Virus record (IMG/VR): IMGVR_UViG_3300021185_003351
Location: 96,001 to 160,000 of that record
Origin: a virus
Length of the DNA: 64,000 nt
Strand: one strand, 5' to 3'
The translations under genes were made by a program, and so were the position numbers. Each line of letters starts with the position of its first letter. Position 1 is the stretch's first letter. The notes beneath the pieces are model-generated. The model was given only the letters and a program-made list of their open reading frames with translations. It was not told the DNA's origin and did no database searches. Below are positions 47,863 through 56,952 of this stretch, piece after piece.

Positions 47863-48210
47863 ATGAATTATCGACTAATAACATTTGCAATCATTTTATT
47901 TATAATAGGCCAAGGAATGGTTTGGATACAAGTTAATGGACCTCTAATATGGCCATGGGCTAAAAAATATAAATTATTACTATTATTATTTGGAATTCCA
48001 ATTACTTATTTGTTTATGGAAGCAACAAGATTTGCAGTAACTGGATTTGAAGGAATGTTTTGGCCCGGTAGATTTGTATCATTTGTTTCCGGAATCATGA
48101 TATTTACATTGTTTACATATATGTTTAAAGGAGAAGGCATAACATTGAAAACTGCAGTTTCGTTAACATTGGCATCGTGTATAATATTAATACAGTTATT
48201 TTGGAAATAA
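47863..48210 (+). CDS. 4-TM membrane protein (DMT/SMR-like)
   Basis: Four hydrophobic helices, F.GE..T.K motif. Confidence 0.55.
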   Translation: MNYRLITFAIILFIIGQGMVWIQVNGPLIWPWAKKYKLLLLLFGIPITYLFMEATRFAVTGFEGMFWPGRFVSFVSGIMIFTLFTYMFKGEGITLKTAVSLTLASCIILIQLFWK

Positions 48211-48212
48211 AC

Positions 48213-48221
48213 ATATTTATA
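48213..48221 (+). promoter_or_regulatory. ATATTTATA putative late promoter
   Basis: Recurrent 9-mer. Confidence 0.5.
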
Positions 48222-48244
48222 TATAAAATAGCACTAGGAATTAT

Positions 48245-50788
48245 ATGAGTAATAAATCATATCTAAAAAAATTAGTTTTCGAAGAATATAAAAAACAATC
48301 TAAGAAATTGTATCTAGAAAAGTTAATATTAGAAGAATATCAGAAGATTATACAAGAACAAACAGATACAGAAAAATTATCTCGTAACACTTTAGAGTTA
48401 TGGTGGAATAAGGAAAATTATGGCAAATTCGATCCACCGGTGGATGCTAAAGGAGAACAAGCAGAAGAAGGATATGATATTTTAATGAATGAGTTAAACG
48501 GAGAATGGCCAGCTTATCCAGGATCCCAATGGAAAAAACAACCTGGAATTAGAATTATTCTCGCAAAAGACTTAATTAAATATTTAGGATTGACCCCTAA
48601 AATAAAAAAACAATCAAAAGGATTTGAAGTTACTCCGGGAGAAAAAGATGCTCCTGCATTAAAAATAGAATCAAAAGATATTATATTCTATCCTAATGGT
48701 ATATGTACTTTAGAGTCGACTGTAGAGGATATGACAACCCAAAATGAGGTGCATTGGTATATAAGTCCAGATGAAAATGGAAAGGAAGTAATTACAATAA
48801 ATCTTTCTAGAAATCAAGAAGATAACAAAGTTGTAGGAGCTCTTTATAATCGTAGCGGAAATATTATATTAGAGAAGCCAGAAGAAATTTCATATAAAAA
48901 TTATACATTTGATAAAGTACAATCCGGATTAGATTGGGCAGGAATGGCCCCGGTGATAGGAGCACCTATAGATGTACTTAACACAATAGGATATATTTTT
49001 AGAGGGAAATACTATTCAGCTCTTTTCTCTGCGTTAGGTATAGTACCGTTTATTGGAGATTCTTTTAGTGCTTCAACTAAAGGATTAAAAAAGTTTATAA
49101 AAGCCACCGGATTAAGTAAAGCAAAATATAATAGATTAGCAAAAGATGCATTTTATGGAAATGTTGATTCAATACAAGAATTTTATGAGCTAATATCTAA
49201 AAGTAAAAAGACTCGTGAGGCCATAACTGGTGTTACTGGAATCTCTAGAAGAAAATTTCTACAAACAATTAAAAAATATACGGATCCAGTTGAAATATCA
49301 TTAAAAGAAATAAAAGATTTATTAAAATCAGACAAGTTTTTTGTTCCAGATGCTATAGAAAATTCAGCTAGAAAAGCAGTTGATTTATTTGAAAAATTTC
49401 TTTTTAATAATAAAAAAGCTTTAGAAAATTTAGATGAATTATATGACGCACAATTAAAATTTAAAAAATTTAAAATTCGACCTAGTATAGAATTTCTAGA
49501 CGCTACTAAAAAACTAGCAACAGGAAACATGAAGTATCTGCAGCAGATTATGAAAAAGTTACCAACTGCAGCTCAATTAATAGCTGGAATAAAAACTGGA
49601 GGATTATCTGCAGGTGCAGAAGCTGGTATTAGAGCAGTATTTAAAGGAGTATATAACCCTGAGAAAATAGCTAAATTAAGTAAATTATATAAAAGGGAAG
49701 TTTTTGGAAGACTTGCTAAAAATGATCAAGCAATAGAAGTAATAGGTAAACTATTACCATATGAAGCATTTAAAGGGATATTTCAACCAGAAGAATTAAG
49801 AAACATAGCAACAAAATATTATCAAAAAAATCCAAAAGCTTTACTCTCAGATTTTCCAAATGGTTATAAAGAATTACAAGCAAGTATGAAAATTGAAAAA
49901 AATCTTCAAAAGCTTTTTTCAAGATCTGATTTTTGGAAGAATTCTGATCTAATAGATCAATTGAAAGACACTTTGTCCTCCGGTAAAAGTGGCACTGACA
50001 AATTATTGCAAATGGCTGCTGAAAGTAAGAATCCTGCATTACAGGTATTTTTTAATAATAAACAATGGCAATTTGAAAATATATTTAAAGGAAGTTTGGA
50101 TTTTTTCTTTAATTTTGGTACTGAATATAAAACATTTTTATCAAATTATGTAAAGCTTCGAAAGAATTTCTTTGGTTGGAAAACCTTAGACATATGGTGG
50201 AATGAATTAACAGAATTAGCAGGACGTCTTAATCTAGGACGAGCAGAAACAGCAGATCCAGATTCTATAATTGTTCCTATTTTATTTGGCATGCTAGATA
50301 TTACACAAGGTAAACCGCTCGGGACTACAAAAGATAAAATAGGTAGAAGTAGCAAACTATCTATTCAGATATCTGACATTCTAGATACGTGGTTTGAATT
50401 TTTTACAGGACGATTAAACACCATACCTGGATTTTCACAACTTGGAACATATATTTATGATTTTATATACAAATATGGAATAAAACAACTAGTTGATGAT
50501 CCAGATGGAGGAATTAAATTTAGACAATTTAAAATACCAAAAGAATCATACAACTATTTGTATAATGAAGCAAAAAATGCAAATCCAGGAAAACCTATTA
50601 CAGTCGATGATATGATGAAAATTTTTGATTCTAAACATTGGACTAATATTCCACCTGAAATAAAACCACAATTTGAACCATTTAGAACAACTCTTCAAAA
50701 GGCTTTACAAGATCAACTTATTTATAATCCTCCTCCGGAGGAAGAATATGAAGATCAAAAAGATTCAATGAAAAATTATCAACGATAA
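48245..50788 (+). CDS. Large helical protein with pre-toxin (PT-TG-like) hydrophobic hairpin; putative virion-internal protein
   Basis: N-terminal L.KL(V/I).EE repeated twice; LDWAGMAPVIG..ID..N...Y..RG.Y..A..S..GIVPFIGD. Confidence 0.5.
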   Translation: MSNKSYLKKLVFEEYKKQSKKLYLEKLILEEYQKIIQEQTDTEKLSRNTLELWWNKENYGKFDPPVDAKGEQAEEGYDILMNELNGEWPAYPGSQWKKQPGIRIILAKDLIKYLGLTPKIKKQSKGFEVTPGEKDAPALKIESKDIIFYPNGICTLESTVEDMTTQNEVHWYISPDENGKEVITINLSRNQEDNKVVGALYNRSGNIILEKPEEISYKNYTFDKVQSGLDWAGMAPVIGAPIDVLNTIGYIFRGKYYSALFSALGIVPFIGDSFSASTKGLKKFIKATGLSKAKYNRLAKDAFYGNVDSIQEFYELISKSKKTREAITGVTGISRRKFLQTIKKYTDPVEISLKEIKDLLKSDKFFVPDAIENSARKAVDLFEKFLFNNKKALENLDELYDAQLKFKKFKIRPSIEFLDATKKLATGNMKYLQQIMKKLPTAAQLIAGIKTGGLSAGAEAGIRAVFKGVYNPEKIAKLSKLYKREVFGRLAKNDQAIEVIGKLLPYEAFKGIFQPEELRNIATKYYQKNPKALLSDFPNGYKELQASMKIEKNLQKLFSRSDFWKNSDLIDQLKDTLSSGKSGTDKLLQMAAESKNPALQVFFNNKQWQFENIFKGSLDFFFNFGTEYKTFLSNYVKLRKNFFGWKTLDIWWNELTELAGRLNLGRAETADPDSIIVPILFGMLDITQGKPLGTTKDKIGRSSKLSIQISDILDTWFEFFTGRLNTIPGFSQLGTYIYDFIYKYGIKQLVDDPDGGIKFRQFKIPKESYNYLYNEAKNANPGKPITVDDMMKIFDSKHWTNIPPEIKPQFEPFRTTLQKALQDQLIYNPPPEEEYEDQKDSMKNYQR

Positions 50789-50796
50789 ATCATTTA

Positions 50797-51171
50797 ATGA
50801 TTAAACTAAAAGACATACTAGAACAAGATTTTCCAGGACCATTTGGAAAGGAACATGATTATTCAGATTATGGAGGACCATGGGGTACAGGACATCATCA
50901 TAAGACAGATTTCAAAAAAGGACCTGGTAAGAATCCAACTGATTCAATTAGCTCTGATAGAGGAGAAGAAGAAAAGGAAGATGATGATGAAACCGGATAT
51001 AAAGCAGAAAATTTTGCAGACGGAAAAAATCCAGGCAGAAAAGGATTATCACAAAGAGTTGGAATACCAAAAAATGCTACTATAGCTCAATTAGAAAAAG
51101 CAGCGAAGGCAAAAGGTGAAAAGGGGAGATTAGCTCGATGGCAATTAAACATGAGACGAGGTAAAAAATGA
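50797..51171 (+). CDS. Hypothetical protein with MIKLKDILE leader
   Basis: Leader, acidic linker, basic C-terminal module. Confidence 0.55.
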   Translation: MIKLKDILEQDFPGPFGKEHDYSDYGGPWGTGHHHKTDFKKGPGKNPTDSISSDRGEEEKEDDDETGYKAENFADGKNPGRKGLSQRVGIPKNATIAQLEKAAKAKGEKGRLARWQLNMRRGKK

Positions 51172-51794
51172 TATTATCAAAAAATAAATTAACTTCAACT
51201 GCTACATATACCAATCAAACATATGATATTGATACATTATTAGATAGTGATAGTGTGAATTTATTTGATCAAAATGGATATCATTTAACTAAAGCTGAAC
51301 AAGTATATCTACAACCTAATGGATATAATCCTATAGAACGTAGACATGAAGACTGTTTAAGATATGATTGGTTTATATGGGATAAACGAGACGGAGCTCA
51401 TATCAACCATTCAGATTTATTTGAAAGAAAAGGATTTTCAGAATCCGCATTAGAACAATTACATAAGTATGCAAAACGAAATCCAATGCTATATAAATTA
51501 ATTAAAATGAAACCTAAATGGGGAATTGATATATCAATTGATTATGTGTCTCCCGACGCAGTATTTGAAGTGTTTCATTATGAATGGGATTCATTTGAGT
51601 ATAACGCTATTGAAGATAAAAAATTTCAAATTGAAGAATTTATATTATCAAAAGATTGGGACGATGTTGCAAAAACATTATGGAATAAAAAAGATGAATG
51701 GTATGATTTAGACTTTTTTGAACAAACAAAATGGAGAACAGATTATTTTAATTTGTCGCCAGAAAAATTTAAAAACGTTATTTGGACTAATTGA
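51168..51794 (+). CDS. Hypothetical protein
   Basis: 208 aa, aromatic-rich, coupled. Confidence 0.6.
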   Translation: MILSKNKLTSTATYTNQTYDIDTLLDSDSVNLFDQNGYHLTKAEQVYLQPNGYNPIERRHEDCLRYDWFIWDKRDGAHINHSDLFERKGFSESALEQLHKYAKRNPMLYKLIKMKPKWGIDISIDYVSPDAVFEVFHYEWDSFEYNAIEDKKFQIEEFILSKDWDDVAKTLWNKKDEWYDLDFFEQTKWRTDYFNLSPEKFKNVIWTN

Positions 51795-51802
51795 TATTTA
51801 TA
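51794..51802 (+). promoter_or_regulatory. ATATTTATA putative late promoter
   Basis: Recurrent 9-mer. Confidence 0.5.
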
Positions 51803-51806
51803 TAAA

Positions 51807-52271
51807 ATGAATAAGTTAAAGAACATACTAAAAGATACTATATTAGAATCAAAAGATAGTTATAACACTCCAGCTGCAGTAGCTAAAGAAAAGTCAATTG
51901 GTAGTAAAAAAGTTAAACCAGAAGATGCAATAACAGATTTAGATTTAAATACATTAAATAGAAATCAAACCATTAAAGAATATAGTTATGGACCATTAAA
52001 TCCAGACGACAAAAAAGGATCTGAACCATTTTGGAAAGATAAAGCAGATTTATGGAATACGACTGTTGAAGCTGCAAAGGAGTCTAGATGTTCTAATTGT
52101 GGAGCATTTGATCAAAAAAAATCAACATTAGCTAAAATAGAAAAAGCTATAGGTTCCGATGGTAAAACAATTGTTAAAAATGCCAATATTGGATTCTGTG
52201 AGTTTTTCTGGTTTAAATGTGCAGGAGCAAGAAGTTGTGATGCATGGGTTGGAGGAGGCCCAATAAAATGA
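51807..52271 (+). CDS. Leader-bearing protein with Cys cluster (HiPIP-like spacing)
   Basis: MNKLKNILKDTILE; CSNC...GFCEFFWFKCAGARSCDAW. Confidence 0.55.
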   Translation: MNKLKNILKDTILESKDSYNTPAAVAKEKSIGSKKVKPEDAITDLDLNTLNRNQTIKEYSYGPLNPDDKKGSEPFWKDKADLWNTTVEAAKESRCSNCGAFDQKKSTLAKIEKAIGSDGKTIVKNANIGFCEFFWFKCAGARSCDAWVGGGPIK

Positions 52272-52423
52272 AATCTAGAGGTTTAGGCGACGATATAAAA
52301 AAAATTACATCTGCTACAAGATTAGATAAGTTAGCAGAACGAATTGCAGAACTTACAAATAGTGATTGTGGATGTGATAGAAGACAAGAAAAATTAAATA
52401 AAATATTTCCTTATAAGAAATGA
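52268..52423 (+). CDS. Small protein with DCGC motif; not in ORF track
   Basis: 51 aa MKSRGLGDDIKKIT...DCGCDRRQEKLNKIFPYKK; overlaps both neighbours. Confidence 0.7.
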   Translation: MKSRGLGDDIKKITSATRLDKLAERIAELTNSDCGCDRRQEKLNKIFPYKK

Positions 52424-52956
52424 TATTACTCAAAAACATATTAAACGAACAAGTAACTCCATCAGTACCAAATCCACGTAAACAGAAAATATTAAACACA
52501 AAAGACTCTGTTTCTAAAATAGCAAACAAGATTGATCAATTAGGCTTAGGAGCTCCTATCGCATCATTTTTAATTCGTATTGCATCAGTTGAATCATGTT
52601 ATGGATTAAATAAAAGAGCTGGTAATAATATATGGCAAGTAGATCCTATAGCTTTTAAAGACACACAAAATTTATCATCGCATCCAGGATTAAAATCAAA
52701 ATTTAAAATTTTAAAAGACAATGGAATCGATTGGCCAAAATTAACATATACTCAAATTAAATCAAAGCCATTATTAAATGCTATAGCTGCTAGATTATAT
52801 ATAGGAAATATGCCAGGAGATATTCCAAAAGATTTAAAAGGTCAAGCTAATTATTGGAAGAGTAATTATAACACATCATCTGGTGGCGGATCTACATATG
52901 AGTTTATAAAAAAGAATTCTGGAGATGGTACATCTGGATGTATCGATTACGTATAG
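52420..52956 (+). CDS. Leader-bearing lysozyme/transglycosylase-like protein
   Basis: MILLKNILNE; IASVES, WQVDP, AARLY, QANYWK.NYNT. Confidence 0.5.
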   Translation: MILLKNILNEQVTPSVPNPRKQKILNTKDSVSKIANKIDQLGLGAPIASFLIRIASVESCYGLNKRAGNNIWQVDPIAFKDTQNLSSHPGLKSKFKILKDNGIDWPKLTYTQIKSKPLLNAIAARLYIGNMPGDIPKDLKGQANYWKSNYNTSSGGGSTYEFIKKNSGDGTSGCIDYV

Positions 52957-52957
52957 G

Positions 52958-52986
52958 TTGTATTTTTACCAAAAAATCATTATAAT
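52958..52986 (+). promoter_or_regulatory. TTGTAT-N17-TATAAT promoter
   Basis: One-mismatch variant, 17-nt spacer. Confidence 0.55.
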
Positions 52987-52991
52987 ATATT

Positions 52992-53186
52992 ATGGAAGAA
53001 AATTATTTGGATAAAGTAATACTATCTTCAATAGACTCAATGAGTAAATCAAAATGGAGATGGCCTAGTGAGTGGAGTAAAGATGAGAAATTAGGATTTT
53101 TAGATGAATGCTTAATTTGGCTAGAAAAAAATGAACATTATGAAAAATGTGAAGTTATAGTAAATGAAAAAAAGAAGTTATCGTAA
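52992..53186 (+). CDS. Small protein with UVR-like EHYEKC helix
   Basis: LEKNEHYEKCEVI. Confidence 0.55.
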   Translation: MEENYLDKVILSSIDSMSKSKWRWPSEWSKDEKLGFLDECLIWLEKNEHYEKCEVIVNEKKKLS

Positions 53187-53424
53187 AAAAAATAATTGTG
53201 CACTTATATTATTAGATGATGATATCAATACATTTCAACATGTAACAGATGCATTACAAGAAGTATGTGGACACAATTACTTTCAAGCTGTACAAATAGC
53301 TCATATAGTTGATGGAGTTGGTAAATGTGAAATCTTTAAAGATAAATGTAACCTAGTAGAAGAAGTATATGAAGATTTAAAAGATTTAGGATTGATAGTT
53401 AAACTAATTAGGCAAATTGGATGA
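53164..53424 (+). CDS. clpS: ATP-dependent Clp protease adaptor ClpS
   Basis: LILLDDDINTFQHV...L..VCGH...A.Q.A..V...GKC...L...GL. Confidence 0.8.
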   Translation: MKKRSYRKKNNCALILLDDDINTFQHVTDALQEVCGHNYFQAVQIAHIVDGVGKCEIFKDKCNLVEEVYEDLKDLGLIVKLIRQIG

Positions 53425-53636
53425 AATTATTTAGAAACATACTGATAGGAATATATCATGCAAAATATCATAGAAATATGAAATTGGCAATAACGTCAAA
53501 AGATAAAAAAAATATTAAAAAATTTAAAAAATATGTTTATCGTGCTGAAGATGCATGGAGGCAAGTTGTATTATTAACAAAAAAACCAAAAAGAAATAGT
53601 TATGGCAAAAAAAGCAACAATAGGAGATTCTCCTAA
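53421..53636 (+). CDS. Basic hypothetical protein
   Basis: 71 aa, coupled. Confidence 0.45.
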   Translation: MKLFRNILIGIYHAKYHRNMKLAITSKDKKNIKKFKKYVYRAEDAWRQVVLLTKKPKRNSYGKKSNNRRFS

Positions 53637-53997
53637 AGACAGATCCATGGATATAATGGACAAGTTTATTAAAAGACAAGAACGAAAAAATAAACACAAA
53701 GAATTATTACCAGGCAGAAGAAAAGCAAAAGATGTTCCAATTGATATGTGGCCGTTAAAAGATCAAATTGAATATTGGGAGAACCAATCTGCAGAGCAAA
53801 AATTTGATAGAAAATATTCAAGTTATATCGACTGGTTAGATACTATTAAAGAAATAACAGGTTATCCAGATAGATCATTTATGGATATGATTTCTCCTGT
53901 AAAGCATAGAGAACGAATGAAAGAGGTATATGCCCAAAAGGTGTTGCCAAAACAAGCTTATCAAATGTTGTTAAAAGAAAATATTTTGTGGGTATAG
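53602..53997 (+). CDS. Hypothetical protein
   Basis: 131 aa. Confidence 0.55.
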   Translation: MAKKATIGDSPKDRSMDIMDKFIKRQERKNKHKELLPGRRKAKDVPIDMWPLKDQIEYWENQSAEQKFDRKYSSYIDWLDTIKEITGYPDRSFMDMISPVKHRERMKEVYAQKVLPKQAYQMLLKENILWV

Positions 53998-54539
53998 ACT
54001 ATAAATATGTTTATGGTCGTGGGAGATCAGCTTTAAATTTATCAGAGTCTGAAATTAGGTATGCGATGGAAAATACCAAATCTAATTCAGAAGCTGCTAG
54101 ATTCCTTAAAGTATCATTTTCCACATACAAAAAATATGCAAAACAATACACTGATTCAGAATCAGGAAAAACACTATGGGAACTTCATAAGAATCAAGCC
54201 GGAAAAGGTATAAATAAGGACGTTACAAGAGCTACAGCTGGTCCATATGCCATAGATAGGATATTGGATGGAGATCATCCAAATTACCCGGTTTGGAAGT
54301 TACGTAATAGAATAATAGCATTAGGTATATTACCAGAAAAATGTAACAGCTGCGGTTATGAAGAAAGAAGAATAACAGATGATACTACTCCATTATTACT
54401 AGACCACAAAGATGGCGATGTATGCAATCATCAAATAAATAATTTACAGCTGTTATGTTTGAATTGTTATTACATGCAAACAGGTAATCCTTATAACAAA
54501 GACAAAGATCAATATTGGAATTATAATTTATTAGACTGA
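53988..54539 (+). CDS. HTH + HNH endonuclease
   Basis: S.SEAARFL.VS..TY (HTH); CNSCG...LDHKDGD..N....NL..LC.NC. Confidence 0.8.
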   Translation: MGIDYKYVYGRGRSALNLSESEIRYAMENTKSNSEAARFLKVSFSTYKKYAKQYTDSESGKTLWELHKNQAGKGINKDVTRATAGPYAIDRILDGDHPNYPVWKLRNRIIALGILPEKCNSCGYEERRITDDTTPLLLDHKDGDVCNHQINNLQLLCLNCYYMQTGNPYNKDKDQYWNYNLLD

Positions 54540-54547
54540 TATTTATA
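54539..54547 (+). promoter_or_regulatory. ATATTTATA putative late promoter
   Basis: Recurrent 9-mer upstream of the LamG genes. Confidence 0.5.
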
Positions 54548-54562
54548 TAAAAAGAACAGATT

Positions 54563-55273
54563 ATGGCATTTCATCATTCACCGAGAATAGTATCAGACCA
54601 ACTAGTTTTTGCGTGGGATATTCCTAACAAAAAGTCATATCCTGGTTCTGGTACTTCCATAACAAATTTAATATCTGGTTCTGAAAATCTTATAATAAAT
54701 AATGCTACTATACAATCTGGTTCAGTAAATGGCAATGGATCTGTTGTAATGGATGGTGCTGGAGATTATTTATCTTTTTCTGCAACTACTTTTGCTGATA
54801 TAATAACTATTTCAATATGGCATAAAGCTAGAAGAAGTGATGGGACATCATCCGATCCGTACTCGTATGGATATTTGTTTGCAAATAGTTCAACAGGTCA
54901 AGGATTTGCATTTAGTGAAGGCGGAACATCTGGAAATATAGATCCTGGAATGTATTATTATTATCCTGGTGTTGGCGGAGGCGGAAGTTCAACCGCAATA
55001 TCAACAGCCGTTGGACAAAATAATGTATGGGGTAATGTTACAGCTGTAATTAACACAACAGCTAATCAAGTAAAATTTTATTTTAACGGAGTGTTAAATC
55101 AAACTACGTCGTTAACAATGAATAATACTAATACATATAATCAGTTAGGTAGATATCTAACTAACAATTGGTATATAATAGGAGAGTTAGCAGCATGTTA
55201 TGTTTATAACAAAGAATTATCAGCTGCAGAAGCTTTACAAAACTATAACGCATTAAAAGGGAGGTTCGAGTAA
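54563..55273 (+). CDS. LamG/concanavalin-A-like lectin protein 1
   Basis: IV...L...D....SYPGSGT, DG..DY, Y.NG, YN..LS..E..QNYNA...RF. Confidence 0.75.
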   Translation: MAFHHSPRIVSDQLVFAWDIPNKKSYPGSGTSITNLISGSENLIINNATIQSGSVNGNGSVVMDGAGDYLSFSATTFADIITISIWHKARRSDGTSSDPYSYGYLFANSSTGQGFAFSEGGTSGNIDPGMYYYYPGVGGGGSSTAISTAVGQNNVWGNVTAVINTTANQVKFYFNGVLNQTTSLTMNNTNTYNQLGRYLTNNWYIIGELAACYVYNKELSAAEALQNYNALKGRFE

Positions 55274-55977
55274 TGGCAGTTAATTATTCAACAGCTCCGA
55301 TAGTAACAAATGGATTAGTTTATGTATTGGATGCAGCAAATATTAAAATGTATCCTGGGTCTGGAACTACAGTAACAGATACTATTAGTGATACTTCTGG
55401 TACATTTACTGGTGCTGGATTTTATGATACTTCAACATTCGCAACTCCAGTATTTTCTTTTGATGGAAGTAATGATTATCTAACATATACTGATAGTACT
55501 ATTCCAACACTAGGATCAGCGTTAACATGCGGGTTATGGATCAAATCATCTGATTCGCAAGCTGAATTATTTTGTACATTTGAAACAGCTAATCCGTATA
55601 AAGGATTTTTATTTGGTATTGGATTTTCTGGAAATAATGGGAAATTAGATCTATACTGTTCACCAACAGATGGATCCGGTGGATCAGCAGCTGCTGATAC
55701 AGGTGTAGCTGTCAATGATAATACAATAAAATATGTTGTAGTTACTTATGATGGATCTAATGCAAGATTTTATCATGATGGAGTATTATCATCAACAGTA
55801 AGTTTTACAAAAACAGCAGGCGCTTCAACTCAACCATTTAGAATAGGAGCTTCAAATAATTCCCCTGCTAATAGAATTTATTCAGGATTGATGGGTCCAG
55901 GACATATATACAATAGAACATTGACAGATGCAGAAGTACTTCAAAACTATAACGCAATGGCCGGGAGGTTCTCATAA
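55273..55977 (+). CDS. LamG/concanavalin-A-like lectin protein 2
   Basis: Same N- and C-terminal motifs as its neighbours. Confidence 0.75.
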   Translation: MAVNYSTAPIVTNGLVYVLDAANIKMYPGSGTTVTDTISDTSGTFTGAGFYDTSTFATPVFSFDGSNDYLTYTDSTIPTLGSALTCGLWIKSSDSQAELFCTFETANPYKGFLFGIGFSGNNGKLDLYCSPTDGSGGSAAADTGVAVNDNTIKYVVVTYDGSNARFYHDGVLSSTVSFTKTAGASTQPFRIGASNNSPANRIYSGLMGPGHIYNRTLTDAEVLQNYNAMAGRFS

Positions 55978-56642
55978 TGGGAGTAATAGGCGGAAATGAA
56001 ATAATACGTAACGGATTGATACATTATTATGATCCTGCAAATACAAGATCATATCTTAGTTCCGGTACTACTCTAACTGATTTAGCAGGTAGTGACAATG
56101 GAACAATAAGTGGCGCTACATTTGATGTTAATAACCATGGAAGTCTTTATTTTGATGGAGCAGATGATATTATAACCTTTGGAACAGAATTAAATTTAGG
56201 TATTACACAAACAATATCATTTTGGCTAAAACAAAATAGACCAACAAATGCTGAAAGTATACTAGGAAATTCTCTCGCAAATAATTATTTATTCTATAGA
56301 CAATCAGCTGGAATATATTTTAGATCTGGAACAGGATATTGGGTATTTTCTAATACAGATACATTAAACAATTTTCAGGTTACTGATTGGATTAATGTTT
56401 CTATAGTCAGAATAGCATCAAACCAGACCAGATTTTACATTAACGGAACATTAACTTCAGAAGGAACAAGAAATATAAGTGCAGGGACAAATGGCAATAC
56501 TTTACTTAAATCTATAGGAGCAGAACCAGACCTTACATATGATTTTCAAGGATATATATCAATGTTCCTTATTTATAATCGAATTTTATCAGATGCTGAA
56601 GTATTACAAAATTATAATGATACCAAATATAGATTTGTATAA
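55977..56642 (+). CDS. LamG/concanavalin-A-like lectin protein 3
   Basis: Same N- and C-terminal motifs as its neighbours. Confidence 0.75.
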   Translation: MGVIGGNEIIRNGLIHYYDPANTRSYLSSGTTLTDLAGSDNGTISGATFDVNNHGSLYFDGADDIITFGTELNLGITQTISFWLKQNRPTNAESILGNSLANNYLFYRQSAGIYFRSGTGYWVFSNTDTLNNFQVTDWINVSIVRIASNQTRFYINGTLTSEGTRNISAGTNGNTLLKSIGAEPDLTYDFQGYISMFLIYNRILSDAEVLQNYNDTKYRFV

Positions 56643-56685
56643 TTGAAAATATTTATATATAATAAAAATAAAAGGAAAACAAAAA

Positions 56686-56946
56686 ATGGATTACACAGAT
56701 AGAACATATGCAATTGCAAAATGGGCAGACATAGGATCAGTAGACTTCACACAAGTAATGGAAACATCTGCAGGAACAGTAAGAAAATCATTGGATAGTG
56801 ATTTATTTATATTGAAATGGTATACAGCAAATGAACCAACATTTATCGCAGATGATAGTGTTGAATTAACATGGTCAGGATCTCACTCACAATGTTTGCA
56901 ACAATTGCTAGGACCTAATTGGACTGACACAGGATCAATGCCGTAA
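56686..56946 (+). CDS. Small lectin/fibre-associated protein
   Basis: VDF.QV.ETS..TVRKS.D...ILKW; follows the LamG genes. Confidence 0.5.
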   Translation: MDYTDRTYAIAKWADIGSVDFTQVMETSAGTVRKSLDSDLFILKWYTANEPTFIADDSVELTWSGSHSQCLQQLLGPNWTDTGSMP

Positions 56947-56952
56947 TAGGAT

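Noticed and set aside
54563-56642. Diversity-generating retroelement targets in the LamG genes
   Set aside because: No reverse transcriptase and no near-identical template/variable repeat pair seen in the window.
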